Shown here: piece by piece, positions 1 to 9,781 of the stretch
Layout: every line of letters begins with the position of its first letter
Numbering within the stretch: position 1 is the first letter of the stretch
DNA from: a virus
Lineage: Duplodnaviria > Caudoviricetes
Virus record (IMG/VR): IMGVR_UViG_3300032319_000307
Location: 1-33,605 of that record
DNA: 33,605 bases
Reading direction: 5' to 3' (one strand)
Notes under the pieces: generated by a model
The model's input: the letters and a program-made list of their open reading frames with translations, nothing else
The model's database searches: none
What the model was told of the DNA's origin: nothing
Translations under genes and position numbers: made by a program

Positions 1-1662
1 AATGGTAGTGGTATAATGAGTCAACTCGTATCAGGAGTAAAAAACGCATTAGGACTTGGTACAACTACCAAATTTACAGGTTTGGCCGCCGGGCAAAGAT
101 TTTATCATGCTTCTGTAAACAGACCATCATTTCAAAGATATGATACGTTTATAAATGCAAACGGGTTAAAAAATTATACTGCTTCAACTGGTATACTGGA
201 GTTTAATAACGTAGAAAATGCTGCTTTAAATATTATTAGCAGAGAAGTAGCTTCTTTAACACAAGAGGGTGTAGATAGGTTTAATAATCCTGTATTATCG
301 GGAGTTAATGGTAAACCAACGACACAGATAAAATATACAGATGTTGTAAAAGCTGATAGAACTAACGGCACACTTACCGAACAAAGTGATCAGTTATTGA
401 ACTACAAAGTTTTGGCATTGGGAGCAAAGACTTTACCCGATACGTTTGTCAATATTAATAATCAATCGGTTAAAGATATTGCCACTAATTTATCTGATAA
501 TTTAAATAAAATAATTAGTTACGGAAACAATTATATTGCAACTCCTCTTATAAACAATGTTTTACCTCAACAATTTGCTCAGGTTGATATAAAAAGTAAA
601 CAATTTAAGAATGACAAAATTGGATTCAATTATTTAACTAATATATCAAAAGAAAATGTATATACTAGTCGTTTTAACGAAAACAGAGGATTGCCAACCA
701 GACTAGGTAAAAAAATTGGAGATCGCTTCATACAACCAACAAATAACGTTGATTACGTAAATTCGTTAAACGTACTAAACGAAAATGAATTCAAAACTCA
801 GTATGGTGACGATTCTAAATATGGTTCTTCTGGTCCCGACATTATAAAGTTTTTCTTTTATGATATAGTAAATCAAAAATATATACCATTCAGTGCTACG
901 GTAAAAGGAATACAAGACACAAATTCAGCTGAATGGGAAACTGTAGAATATTTGGGTAGACCTGATAAACTTTATTACTACAAAGGATTTACCAGAGAAT
1001 TGAGTTTTACATTTGTTGTAAACGCACACAGTATAAAAGAATTGTTGCCTATGTGGCAAAGAATTAACTATTTGATCGGATTAACCAGACCATCAAACTA
1101 CACATTGGGATCAGCTGGTGGATTTATGGTGCCGCCGATGGTACAATTAACACTCGGTGACTTTTATAAAAATCATTTTGTTGTGATAAAAAATTGCAAT
1201 GTTGCGATTCCAGACGATGCTTCTTGGGAAACAATACCTGAAGGATCGTCATATCCAAATTATAACTGGTCTTGGGGTCCAGATCGTTCTATTACTTGGT
1301 CAGATACTAACAACCTAATAAACCCAAGAGGTGAAAAATCCGATTCACAGAACAGATTTGCTCAATTTCCTAGAACAGCAGAAATTAGTGTACAGATGAG
1401 TATACTTGAAAAAGATAGACCAAAAACTGGCAGAGCAGCATGGGGAGACGCTCGAGTACCTATTGTTAATGGTACAGATGTATATGGTACATACGATGAA
1501 CAAAACGGAACGGTAACACCAACTTCGCCTGATAATTTTTCTTCCCGTGTAAGGTACGATACAGATTTAGCTAGTTTAACCGAAATTTTAAATTCTTCGA
1601 CTGGTCGTTCAACCATCAACACTTCGGAAAGTACAACTGTAGATAATGGAATTCCGTACTAA
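1..1662 (+). CDS. Baseplate/tail-tube-initiator-like structural protein, probably 5'-truncated by the window edge
   Basis: Frame is open from base 1 (ORF track starts at ATG 16). C-terminal segment IPFSATVKGIQDTNSAEWETVEYLGRPDKLYYYKGFTRELSFTF...PPMVQLTLGD resembles tube-initiator/baseplate proteins of contractile tails, and it lies directly upstream of a LysM wedge gene. Confidence 0.6.
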   Translation, partial: NGSGIMSQLVSGVKNALGLGTTTKFTGLAAGQRFYHASVNRPSFQRYDTFINANGLKNYTASTGILEFNNVENAALNIISREVASLTQEGVDRFNNPVLSGVNGKPTTQIKYTDVVKADRTNGTLTEQSDQLLNYKVLALGAKTLPDTFVNINNQSVKDIATNLSDNLNKIISYGNNYIATPLINNVLPQQFAQVDIKSKQFKNDKIGFNYLTNISKENVYTSRFNENRGLPTRLGKKIGDRFIQPTNNVDYVNSLNVLNENEFKTQYGDDSKYGSSGPDIIKFFFYDIVNQKYIPFSATVKGIQDTNSAEWETVEYLGRPDKLYYYKGFTRELSFTFVVNAHSIKELLPMWQRINYLIGLTRPSNYTLGSAGGFMVPPMVQLTLGDFYKNHFVVIKNCNVAIPDDASWETIPEGSSYPNYNWSWGPDRSITWSDTNNLINPRGEKSDSQNRFAQFPRTAEISVQMSILEKDRPKTGRAAWGDARVPIVNGTDVYGTYDEQNGTVTPTSPDNFSSRVRYDTDLASLTEILNSSTGRSTINTSESTTVDNGIPY

Positions 1663-1671
1663 ATAATAATT

Positions 1672-1962
1672 ATGAGATACCAATTTACACCAACTGAAAA
1701 AAGATGGGATGGTAAGAATGTTTATAGAACTACTTATTATCCAGTTATCCCCGAATCTTATGACGACTTCTATATCACTGTTAGTGAAAGTGATTATCTA
1801 GATAGTTTAGCTAAAAAATACTACGGAGATGAAACATTGTGGTGGATTATAGCAAGAGCTAATAATTTGCCCGGATACAAACTTTCGGTAACTACAAGTA
1901 GACAATTGAGAATTCCATCAAATGTTTCTGTTATAATGAATCGATTAAAACAAATAAATTAA
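1672..1962 (+). CDS. LysM-domain baseplate wedge protein (gp53/P2 gpX-like)
   Basis: YITVSESDYLDSLAKKYYGDETLWWIIARANN...QLRIP is the typical phage LysM/tail-X pattern. Confidence 0.8.
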   Translation: MRYQFTPTEKRWDGKNVYRTTYYPVIPESYDDFYITVSESDYLDSLAKKYYGDETLWWIIARANNLPGYKLSVTTSRQLRIPSNVSVIMNRLKQIN

Positions 1963-1969
1963 GGTTATC

Positions 1970-4900
1970 ATGCAAGAAATATCAGATACAGCTCCTCAAT
2001 GGTGGGAAATACAAAATATACCCACCGAATGTATACGTGAACTTAGACGTAGAAGTAATAGCACAAATATTGGAATGAACATTCCACAACCATATGTTCC
2101 CAATTCCAATTTTAATTTTGATGCAAACTATGACAAATACAAGGGTCCAATGACTCCTTGGGTCAGATTATTTTCCAATAGTACTGGCAAATCAATAAAC
2201 GGTTTAGTTCCAAGAAGTGTATATCTTGATAAAAACAAACAACAGACAGATTACGACGGATTTATATTAAAAGGTGGTGATGGATTTTACGATGCATTTG
2301 GATATGAACAAAACAAGCCACTTAATAGTAGATATGCTATTATTGGATATGAAGCAAACGGAACTCCACATTATATAGACAATATAAATCGTAGTCAACT
2401 TGCATATAACACAGGTATAGATGGTAGATTTCCACAGAATAATCAATCGCCTTCAATTGTACCACCCCCCGGTATTATAAGTTTAAATGTTAAACAGAGT
2501 AAAGATTTATTAACATATGCTGACTTTGAATTCAAGTGTTTTGGATTGGCTCAATTGGAATATTTAACGCCTTTCTTTTTAACAGCGGGAATGAATTTGA
2601 TCGTGGAATTTGGATGGAATTTATTCAACCAAAAATCTATAGTCGATTTAACCAACCTAGGCGAATGTTGGAGAGTTACAAACGAACCACAGACTGCATT
2701 AGATCGATCCGTATTATCAAATGGTAATTATGGATGTGTAACAGGTATAATTACTAAATATTCATTTAAAACTCAAGATGGATTTGTCTATAATTGTAAT
2801 GTTGAAATGATTTCGAGACAAGCGTTGTATGCTGGATTAAAAACAGACAACAATGCAAAAGCTGTTATCAAAAGTAGAAATACTACACAAACTGCGGATA
2901 TTGAATTTGACAGAGAATTTATTGATTTAAAAACTTTCATTAAGTTGTATCTTCCGGATATAAATGCTGTAATACAACAGCCAAGAACGAGTGCAGGCAA
3001 TCCTTACAGCACAGGAGTCGCCAATTTAAAAGCTAACTTTTTGAATTATATTTTAGATAAAATTAATCGAAACGATAATACCAAAAAAGAAAAAAATGAA
3101 AATGCACAACTTGAAGCTTCACAGAATGCTCCGATTACACAATTGAATAACTTACAGACTTTTAATGGAAAGTATGATTTGTTTTATAATGGAAAGGCCG
3201 AAGATAGAGTATTTTGTGGCCGCAATTTCAAAAAGGCGTATCAAGCCGAAAAAAATCCTTCGAAGGATGGTCCAGCCATATCATATGGTACTGTCGATTA
3301 TGGACAGGTCAAATATGAACAAATTTCATTTGCGGATAATAATTTAGATTTTGATGCTAAAGATAACGCAGACGAAGTATGGTTACAATTAGATTTTGTT
3401 TTTGAAGTGTTTAATTTGTTCATGTCAAATTTAGGCACAAAACAGTTTTATATAGATATACAAGATGTTATAGTTAATGCACATCCAAATCTAATTTCAT
3501 GTGACCGTGACGTTTTAATTCCAAATCCAGTTGCTCCAAAAATAAACATAGGAGTACAAAAATCAAATAACCCAGGAGTAGGTGGATTTTTAAAAAAAGA
3601 ACAGGCTACAGGCATCATCCTCTCCAAATTCACCGAAGAACAAACAGGTGGAAACGCATTTATTGATCAGATACCTGATATAACAGTAAGTCAAAATGGT
3701 ACACTTGAAAACAAGATAAAAGAATCTGCTGATGCTTATTATAACTTAAACGAAAATGACAGTTACTACTTAGCATGTGAAGCTGCTAGAAAAACATTTA
3801 AAACTAAAGGTAGATATCGAGACGACTTGGATAAGGTAATCAATTATCTTTATTATCATGATAAGAAAAAAGAAGATGGATCTGCTTCATTTCCATTTAA
3901 AAAAGAATTAAAGAAAGATAGACAAACTAAAAATGGTAGTACCTCTACGGTGACATATAAGCCATACTATTATGGTTATTTAAAACACATATATATTAGT
4001 AAATCTAAAATAATAGAGTTGTGTAAGGTAGAAAACAAAGGTACGGACGGATATAAAAACTTAATATCTTCAATATTAAATGTAATTAATCAATCCGTAG
4101 ATAATTTTTGGAAATTTGAAATTGTACAGGGTGCTTCTACAAATGGTAAATCTACAATATCAATTGTAGATAAGAATACTATTAATTTGTCGATGTTACA
4201 ACAAATTTATGCATTTGAACTTGGTAGTACAAACAACGTTATAAAGAATATAAATTTTGATGTCAGTTTAACAAATGAACAAGCAACTAATGTTTTATTT
4301 AGCAATCAAAATAGTTCACTAATATCTAGCGATCCGTTATCTAAAATACAAGATGCTAAAACTATTCATGAATTGAATGTTACATTAAATAATTTAAATA
4401 ATATGATGCCATTAAAGTTTGTGGATAGACTTGACAAGTATCAGTTAGAAAAACTATCTATACAAAAAAGTGGATCTTTAGCAACGTTAACGCCTGGTGC
4501 ATGTGCTGGAATTGAAAGTGAAAATAATGATATAGTTAATTTACAAGTGTATGGTTCGAAAGAAATGAGTGGTGTATTATGTATGACCTTCAAGAATGTA
4601 GGTAATGGTGGTATTGCTAATATTAATAGAATAGTACAGGCAGTACAGATAGGCGCGATTGAATATTCGGATGTTCAATCAGATCTTGGTGTTACGTATG
4701 ACCCAACAACGGATCAACCTTTTGAGGACGTGGACACCAGAAATAATTATAAGTATTTGTGTTTACCTCCAAGTATGAAATCTCGATTGAGACAAATGTT
4801 AGATGATGGAGACTTCAAAAATAATCAGGCGAAATATAGTGGTGTTGCCGATAACTTTCAAGTTTCCATTACATTTGACGGAATATTTTCATTTAGAAAT

Positions 4901-5068
4901 CTTCAATGTTTTGCTATAAAAAACTTACCGAAGCCATATATTCCTGGTAATATAATATTCCAAGTGTTGGAAGTAGAACATAAGATTGAATCTGGTAAAT
5001 GGGAAACAGTAGTAAACGCTTTGGTAAGAGCTATAGGAACATCTAGGATTGAATATGTAAGTATATGA
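1970..5068 (+). CDS. Large baseplate hub-like / tail-associated structural protein
   Basis: 1032-aa ORF after the LysM gene. Has PPPGIISLNVK...EFGWN and a C-terminal FQVLEVEHKIESGKWETVV hub-like beta-strand motif. Assignment rests on synteny plus motif resemblance. Confidence 0.5.
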   Translation: MQEISDTAPQWWEIQNIPTECIRELRRRSNSTNIGMNIPQPYVPNSNFNFDANYDKYKGPMTPWVRLFSNSTGKSINGLVPRSVYLDKNKQQTDYDGFILKGGDGFYDAFGYEQNKPLNSRYAIIGYEANGTPHYIDNINRSQLAYNTGIDGRFPQNNQSPSIVPPPGIISLNVKQSKDLLTYADFEFKCFGLAQLEYLTPFFLTAGMNLIVEFGWNLFNQKSIVDLTNLGECWRVTNEPQTALDRSVLSNGNYGCVTGIITKYSFKTQDGFVYNCNVEMISRQALYAGLKTDNNAKAVIKSRNTTQTADIEFDREFIDLKTFIKLYLPDINAVIQQPRTSAGNPYSTGVANLKANFLNYILDKINRNDNTKKEKNENAQLEASQNAPITQLNNLQTFNGKYDLFYNGKAEDRVFCGRNFKKAYQAEKNPSKDGPAISYGTVDYGQVKYEQISFADNNLDFDAKDNADEVWLQLDFVFEVFNLFMSNLGTKQFYIDIQDVIVNAHPNLISCDRDVLIPNPVAPKINIGVQKSNNPGVGGFLKKEQATGIILSKFTEEQTGGNAFIDQIPDITVSQNGTLENKIKESADAYYNLNENDSYYLACEAARKTFKTKGRYRDDLDKVINYLYYHDKKKEDGSASFPFKKELKKDRQTKNGSTSTVTYKPYYYGYLKHIYISKSKIIELCKVENKGTDGYKNLISSILNVINQSVDNFWKFEIVQGASTNGKSTISIVDKNTINLSMLQQIYAFELGSTNNVIKNINFDVSLTNEQATNVLFSNQNSSLISSDPLSKIQDAKTIHELNVTLNNLNNMMPLKFVDRLDKYQLEKLSIQKSGSLATLTPGACAGIESENNDIVNLQVYGSKEMSGVLCMTFKNVGNGGIANINRIVQAVQIGAIEYSDVQSDLGVTYDPTTDQPFEDVDTRNNYKYLCLPPSMKSRLRQMLDDGDFKNNQAKYSGVADNFQVSITFDGIFSFRNLQCFAIKNLPKPYIPGNIIFQVLEVEHKIESGKWETVVNALVRAIGTSRIEYVSI

Positions 5069-5451
5069 TATACGATACTCCTCAAGAAACAAAAAATATA
5101 GTAGGATTAAATAATTACAAATACCTACAGCCATCTACATATATTCCTACAATTACACAGAAAGATTACGATGAAGGTTATATAAATAGATTTTTTGTGG
5201 GAAGAATTAACTATTTTGAAGTGATTGAAACTAGTTATAAAGATTTCAATGTGACTAATACATCATACTTTACCAAAGTACAAATTAACTGGAAAATTAC
5301 TGGTACTGAGTTTAATGTATATACTGGTAAATTGTTAGAAACTGTAGGTGTAGTAAATTACAACACATATCGTATAAAAGAAGCACAATTTGTTATTTCG
5401 AATATAGATCAAATTTTGAATAACCCAAAACAATTTTGGAGAGGATATTAG
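5065..5451 (+). CDS. Hypothetical phage protein (tail module)
   Basis: 128-aa ORF with ATGA overlap on the upstream gene; PTITQKDYDEGYINRFF motif. Confidence 0.65.
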   Translation: MIYDTPQETKNIVGLNNYKYLQPSTYIPTITQKDYDEGYINRFFVGRINYFEVIETSYKDFNVTNTSYFTKVQINWKITGTEFNVYTGKLLETVGVVNYNTYRIKEAQFVISNIDQILNNPKQFWRGY

Positions 5452-5480
5452 TTGACAAATAAAAGTTTCGATCACATAGT
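5452..5480 (+). promoter_or_regulatory. Putative sigma70-type promoter for the PolA-like gene
   Basis: TTGACA (5452-5457), 17-bp spacer, CATAGT (weak -10). Confidence 0.4.
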
Positions 5481-5486
5481 TAGGAT

Positions 5487-6785
5487 GTGAAGTATTCATC
5501 CAAAATCTATCTAAAGGTAATAACCAGAGATAATAATTGCCATAATAAATGTGGAGATGTTATTGCTGCGTTCATTTACGATTTTGTCACTGAGAAGAAA
5601 TACTACTACAACTTTGGTCACTCAGATCTTGCTGTTAATTCTACATTTAAAGAAATTAAAAATGAGATTGAAAACGATTATTATAAAGTTTATGTAAAAA
5701 ACAAAAAGACTTATAAATACAATGTTGACTGTAATTTGATTGATGTAAATCTTTTTGGTTTTATTGAAAATAATGAAACATTGGATGATATTGGTTCTAC
5801 TTGTAAAAGTTATGTTCAAAGTAGTTATCATAATATCAAAGATTTCAATTTGATTGTGCCATTTGTTATACATCAAGAATGTTTTGATGAAGAAGTTAAA
5901 CAAATAGCTCATCTGTATGAAAAAGAAACGAATACATATTGTTTTAAGTTTTTTAATGATGTAATTACAAATACATTATATGAAGTAGAAAAGAACGGAT
6001 TAAAGATTGATACTGTTTTATTTAAACAATATTTCAAGGCTCGTGCTTATGATGATTTTGTATATACCAACTATAACATATATAATCCCACGGGAAGACC
6101 TAGTAATTCGTATGATAACGTAAATTACGTTGCTTTAAAGAAAGATGATGGATGTAGAGCTAGTTTTATATCACGATATGGCAATGATGGTTATCTGATG
6201 ATGATAGACTTTACCGGATTTCATCCATATATAGTAGCTAATTTAGTGGATTATAAGGTACCTGAGGAAGAAACTATCTATGAACATTTAGCTAAACGGT
6301 ATTATAACGTTGATTCTGTTGCGCCTGAGTTGATTGGTAAGGCTAAGAAACTTACAATGGTCAATTTATACGGCCAGATAGGTGATGCTTATATAGATAT
6401 AGAATATTTTAAAAAGACAGAAGAACTAAAAAACAAGTACTGGGAACAATTTATAAATCGAGGATACGTAACTACTCCTGTATATAAACGTAAGATTACA
6501 AATAAACATATTCTTGGCGCTAACAAGAACAAACTATTTGCTTATATTATTCAGGCAGCTGAAACGGAATATGGAATTGACAGCTTAAGCAAGTGTTTAA
6601 AATTTGTTAGTAACAAAAAGATCGTGCCTATTTTGTATGTATATGATTCTATTGTGTTTGATATTCACAGTGAAGTTGATCGAACTGATGTTTTAGATTT
6701 GATTGAAATCTTTAAGAATAAACGTTTTAAAGTTAAGACTTATATTGGAAATAATTACAATGATTTGAAATTAGCACAAATGTAA
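5487..6785 (+). CDS. Short, divergent family A DNA polymerase
   Basis: PTGRPSN (TGRLSS motif), motif A IDFTGFHP, motif B KAKKLTMVNLYG, YIIQAAETE, motif C LYVYDSIVFD. GTG start. No 5'-3' exonuclease domain. Confidence 0.85.
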   Translation: MKYSSKIYLKVITRDNNCHNKCGDVIAAFIYDFVTEKKYYYNFGHSDLAVNSTFKEIKNEIENDYYKVYVKNKKTYKYNVDCNLIDVNLFGFIENNETLDDIGSTCKSYVQSSYHNIKDFNLIVPFVIHQECFDEEVKQIAHLYEKETNTYCFKFFNDVITNTLYEVEKNGLKIDTVLFKQYFKARAYDDFVYTNYNIYNPTGRPSNSYDNVNYVALKKDDGCRASFISRYGNDGYLMMIDFTGFHPYIVANLVDYKVPEEETIYEHLAKRYYNVDSVAPELIGKAKKLTMVNLYGQIGDAYIDIEYFKKTEELKNKYWEQFINRGYVTTPVYKRKITNKHILGANKNKLFAYIIQAAETEYGIDSLSKCLKFVSNKKIVPILYVYDSIVFDIHSEVDRTDVLDLIEIFKNKRFKVKTYIGNNYNDLKLAQM

Positions 6786-6812
6786 ATATATTTATATGTA
6801 TATTTATATTAG

Positions 6813-9140
6813 ATGAACTTTAAATCATTAGTAAACGAAATTGGTTGTGATAGTCGTATTAAAAACGGATCGTTGGATCTTAAAAATGAAGAACACGTTT
6901 TTGTATTACAGGAATACTTGGAGAAGGCTGGTTACGATATTAATGAAATTGTAGAGAAAACAGCTAGATTATTTGAAGCTGGTAGATTTCCTGAAAGACA
7001 AGCATACAATAAAGACGGTATACTTGTAACATTTCCGAACAAACACTATAGAGATAGAGCTGTAAACAAAGGAACACATTTTGTGGAAAATCCAAAAAAA
7101 GTTCAGACAAATATTTTTAATACTGACGATGGAAACGGCGTGGGACAACAATCATCTTCTGAAAAAGATAAAAAAGAACCAGCTACACTGGATCAAACAT
7201 TGGACACAGATATTGTTGGTAATAAAGCTACAGACGAGAGAACTCCGCGAGAAAAGAAGCAGGATGCTTATGGTGTACAGGCTATATTAACGGGACATAC
7301 TCCATTAGTAAACTATAGTGTAGATGAAGCTGTGAAATTTGGGTTTTATAAAAAAGGTTTTAATTGGTATGATACCGAGGGTAGTTTAATTGGTGAACAG
7401 ATATACGATGATAGTCAATCTAAACACATAATAGTAGCAGACGCTATATCGCCATCGTTATACATAAAGAAAGCTGAAAAAATAGTAAATATCATCAACC
7501 CAGATCTTCTTAGTAAGTTAGAATTCTTAAAAAATGCAGAAAAAACAGATAGAACAAAAATATTTGAAACAATTCCTATATTGACTGCGTTTGGTATTAC
7601 TGACTATAAAACATTAAAAACAGGCGGTGATTATGTAGATTTTGCAATCGGGTTTCTTAAAGAATGGGGCAACCTAAGAACTAGATTGGAATCTATATCG
7701 GATACAAACGCTCGTGAGGAAAATTTAAAGATTTACGATTTGGTCGATAGAGATTTAAAAAATATAGGTGGAACATCAGGAGTAACTTTAGCTCAATTGG
7801 GCACACCGTCAAATTTTATTCATGAGTCTATAAAAGATTTTTACATCGCTGCGGATATTTACAATTCAAAATTTGTTGAGGGAAAAGAAACAAAAGAGAA
7901 CACGGCTGATATTATCTTAATCTATGGTGGAACTAAAGAAGATGTGCTTAACGCTTTAAAGACAGGAAATATAGAAAGTCAAGACGTAGATTCGATGGCA
8001 AAGATAAAAGGTAAAGATATTAAATTTGCATTAATAAGTCTTAAAGCTGGATCTGCTAGATTAGGACACGTATTAACGCAGTTGGCACAATACGTGGGTC
8101 AAACAATATCAGCTTCTCCAGCAGAAAAATCATCTCCCAAAAAAGAAGAACTTAATGAGGGAGTTTTAGATAGTATATCCAACAGCATCAAAAACGCAAT
8201 TGATAAAATTAAAACTATACCTGAAATTGCAAAAAATTATTTTTCATCGTTTATTAATGCAATAAATCCGTTTACTACAAAGATAACAAATTTCTTTTTT
8301 AAAGAACTTAACACGGATGTTAATCAATTACAATCGACGGAACTTAAAAATTTAAAAAGAATAGAAAATGAACTTGAAAAAGAACTTGGTGCGATTGACG
8401 AAGGTTCTAGTAAATGTGATAAAGAACACACATCGTACACAAGTGGGATTGATAAAAATTTAACTTTATTTAAGAACGCTTTAAAATCAAATACGGAAGA
8501 CATATCGTTGATTAATAAAATCACGGAACTATCAAATAATGAATCATTGATACAATTCTTTCCTATCAATGTCGAAAAGGTCGAGTTGGTCGGTATCAAG
8601 AGATTAAAAGAAAATTTAGTACACACTGTTGATAAAATCCAATCAGATTTTAATATTAACGATTGTTTGGAAAGAAATACTTTAAGACCCATCTTTAAAT
8701 ATAGAGCAAACATTTTAGCCTTGAAATATTTAGATTTAATATTAAATAACGTATTGAAAGATGTTAATACATCAGATCCAAATAAAATCCGTGAAGAGTT
8801 TACTAAACTATCTAGTCTTCTTTCTTCCGAAGCTGTATTTGGTACCAATGTAAGTTTGCCTTTGATCAAATTCACAGGAGAAAAAATAGAGAAGTTGAAA
8901 TATAAAAGTAATTTCAAATTAGAAATTCCTAAAAAATATAATGATATCAAACTCGGTAAGATTAAGATTAGTGTTGTACCGTATGAAGGATATCTAAGTG
9001 TTAATCTTTATTTGTTTATTGGCATTACAATGAAAGACGACATTGCTACACCAACATATGCTAATTATGCAATGGATAGTAATAGCGGAAGTAAATTTAC
9101 ATTTAAAGTAGAAGGTCAGAAAGTCGTTGACAAAATATGA
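6813..9140 (+). CDS. Large hypothetical protein, possibly virion-internal, with a possible PD-(D/E)xK-like motif
   Basis: 775-aa ORF; NTADIILI...ISLKAG resembles a PD-(D/E)xK core; preceded by two TATTTATA motifs. Confidence 0.55.
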   Translation: MNFKSLVNEIGCDSRIKNGSLDLKNEEHVFVLQEYLEKAGYDINEIVEKTARLFEAGRFPERQAYNKDGILVTFPNKHYRDRAVNKGTHFVENPKKVQTNIFNTDDGNGVGQQSSSEKDKKEPATLDQTLDTDIVGNKATDERTPREKKQDAYGVQAILTGHTPLVNYSVDEAVKFGFYKKGFNWYDTEGSLIGEQIYDDSQSKHIIVADAISPSLYIKKAEKIVNIINPDLLSKLEFLKNAEKTDRTKIFETIPILTAFGITDYKTLKTGGDYVDFAIGFLKEWGNLRTRLESISDTNAREENLKIYDLVDRDLKNIGGTSGVTLAQLGTPSNFIHESIKDFYIAADIYNSKFVEGKETKENTADIILIYGGTKEDVLNALKTGNIESQDVDSMAKIKGKDIKFALISLKAGSARLGHVLTQLAQYVGQTISASPAEKSSPKKEELNEGVLDSISNSIKNAIDKIKTIPEIAKNYFSSFINAINPFTTKITNFFFKELNTDVNQLQSTELKNLKRIENELEKELGAIDEGSSKCDKEHTSYTSGIDKNLTLFKNALKSNTEDISLINKITELSNNESLIQFFPINVEKVELVGIKRLKENLVHTVDKIQSDFNINDCLERNTLRPIFKYRANILALKYLDLILNNVLKDVNTSDPNKIREEFTKLSSLLSSEAVFGTNVSLPLIKFTGEKIEKLKYKSNFKLEIPKKYNDIKLGKIKISVVPYEGYLSVNLYLFIGITMKDDIATPTYANYAMDSNSGSKFTFKVEGQKVVDKI

Positions 9141-9532
9141 TAACTCAAAAACAATTACTCTGTACATTCTCAAATAGTATTCAATACACAGATGCACTGA
9201 AGGAAATACCACGACAATATAAATTAATCGACAATAAGATCTTTATATTTGCGAATGAGAATAATTTACGAGAACTATATCTTACATTTAATGTAGAAAA
9301 GAATGATTTTAATAATCGATTTAAAGGTACCATAAGTATTCATCGCAAAAAACAAACAAATACACTATATACGCTCAACGCAATGAATAAGTTGATTGCC
9401 GACGAAAATAATGGAGTATATGACAAGAACTTTCAGTTAAGTTGGGAACTATATAAAAACAGCATCATTTTAACTAACGATGTCGGTATAAAAATAGTTC
9501 CATTAAAATTGTTCTCCATCCATAAAATTTAA
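9137..9532 (+). CDS. Conserved hypothetical phage protein
   Basis: 131 aa, ATGA-coupled to the upstream gene; QLLCTF...IHRKKQTNTLYTLNAMN. Confidence 0.7.
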   Translation: MITQKQLLCTFSNSIQYTDALKEIPRQYKLIDNKIFIFANENNLRELYLTFNVEKNDFNNRFKGTISIHRKKQTNTLYTLNAMNKLIADENNGVYDKNFQLSWELYKNSIILTNDVGIKIVPLKLFSIHKI

Positions 9533-9590
9533 TACAAATCATCAATTTTTATAGTTTTTATTCATATTTATGTTTATTGACATTACTAAT

Positions 9591-9644
9591 GTCAACAACC
9601 CCTAGGCTAAAGCCATAGGGGTTTCCTTCCTCCAAAGAATATGA
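9591..9644 (+). mobile_element. Probable solo/fused end of an IS200/IS605-family (IscB/TnpB-type) element
   Basis: GTCAACAACCCCTAGGCTAAAGCCATAGGGGTTTCC is a GC-rich hairpin with a CTAAAG loop, begins like these elements' left end (GTCAAC-ACCCC) and ends like their right end (GGGGTTTCC). No transposase nearby. Confidence 0.55.
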
Positions 9645-9671
9645 ACGGAACAAAAAATTTCTTAAAATAAG

Positions 9672-9699
9672 TTTACAAGATTACATTCAGTGGTAATAT
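9672..9699 (+). promoter_or_regulatory. Putative extended -10 sigma70 promoter for the ssb-recA operon
   Basis: TTTACA, 16-bp spacer ending TGG, TAATAT. Shares ATTCAGTGGTA with the helicase promoter. Confidence 0.45.
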
Positions 9700-9747
9700 G
9701 TATTTATTGATGGTTAACTTTACTTGCGTGAGTAATTATTAAATTAT

Positions 9748-9779
9748 CAATTAACTAATTAAACAATTAACTAATTAAA
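9748..9779 (+). repeat. Perfect 16-nt tandem repeat in the SSB leader (candidate translational operator)
   Basis: CAATTAACTAATTAAA x2 (9748-9763, 9764-9779), ending 2 nt before the ATG at 9782. Confidence 0.75.
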
Positions 9780-9781
9780 AA

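Noticed and set aside
8324-8950. 208-aa minus-strand ORF and the other short antisense/overlapping ORFs in the track
   Set aside because: They lie wholly within well-supported genes, have no recognisable motifs, and are expected shadow ORFs.
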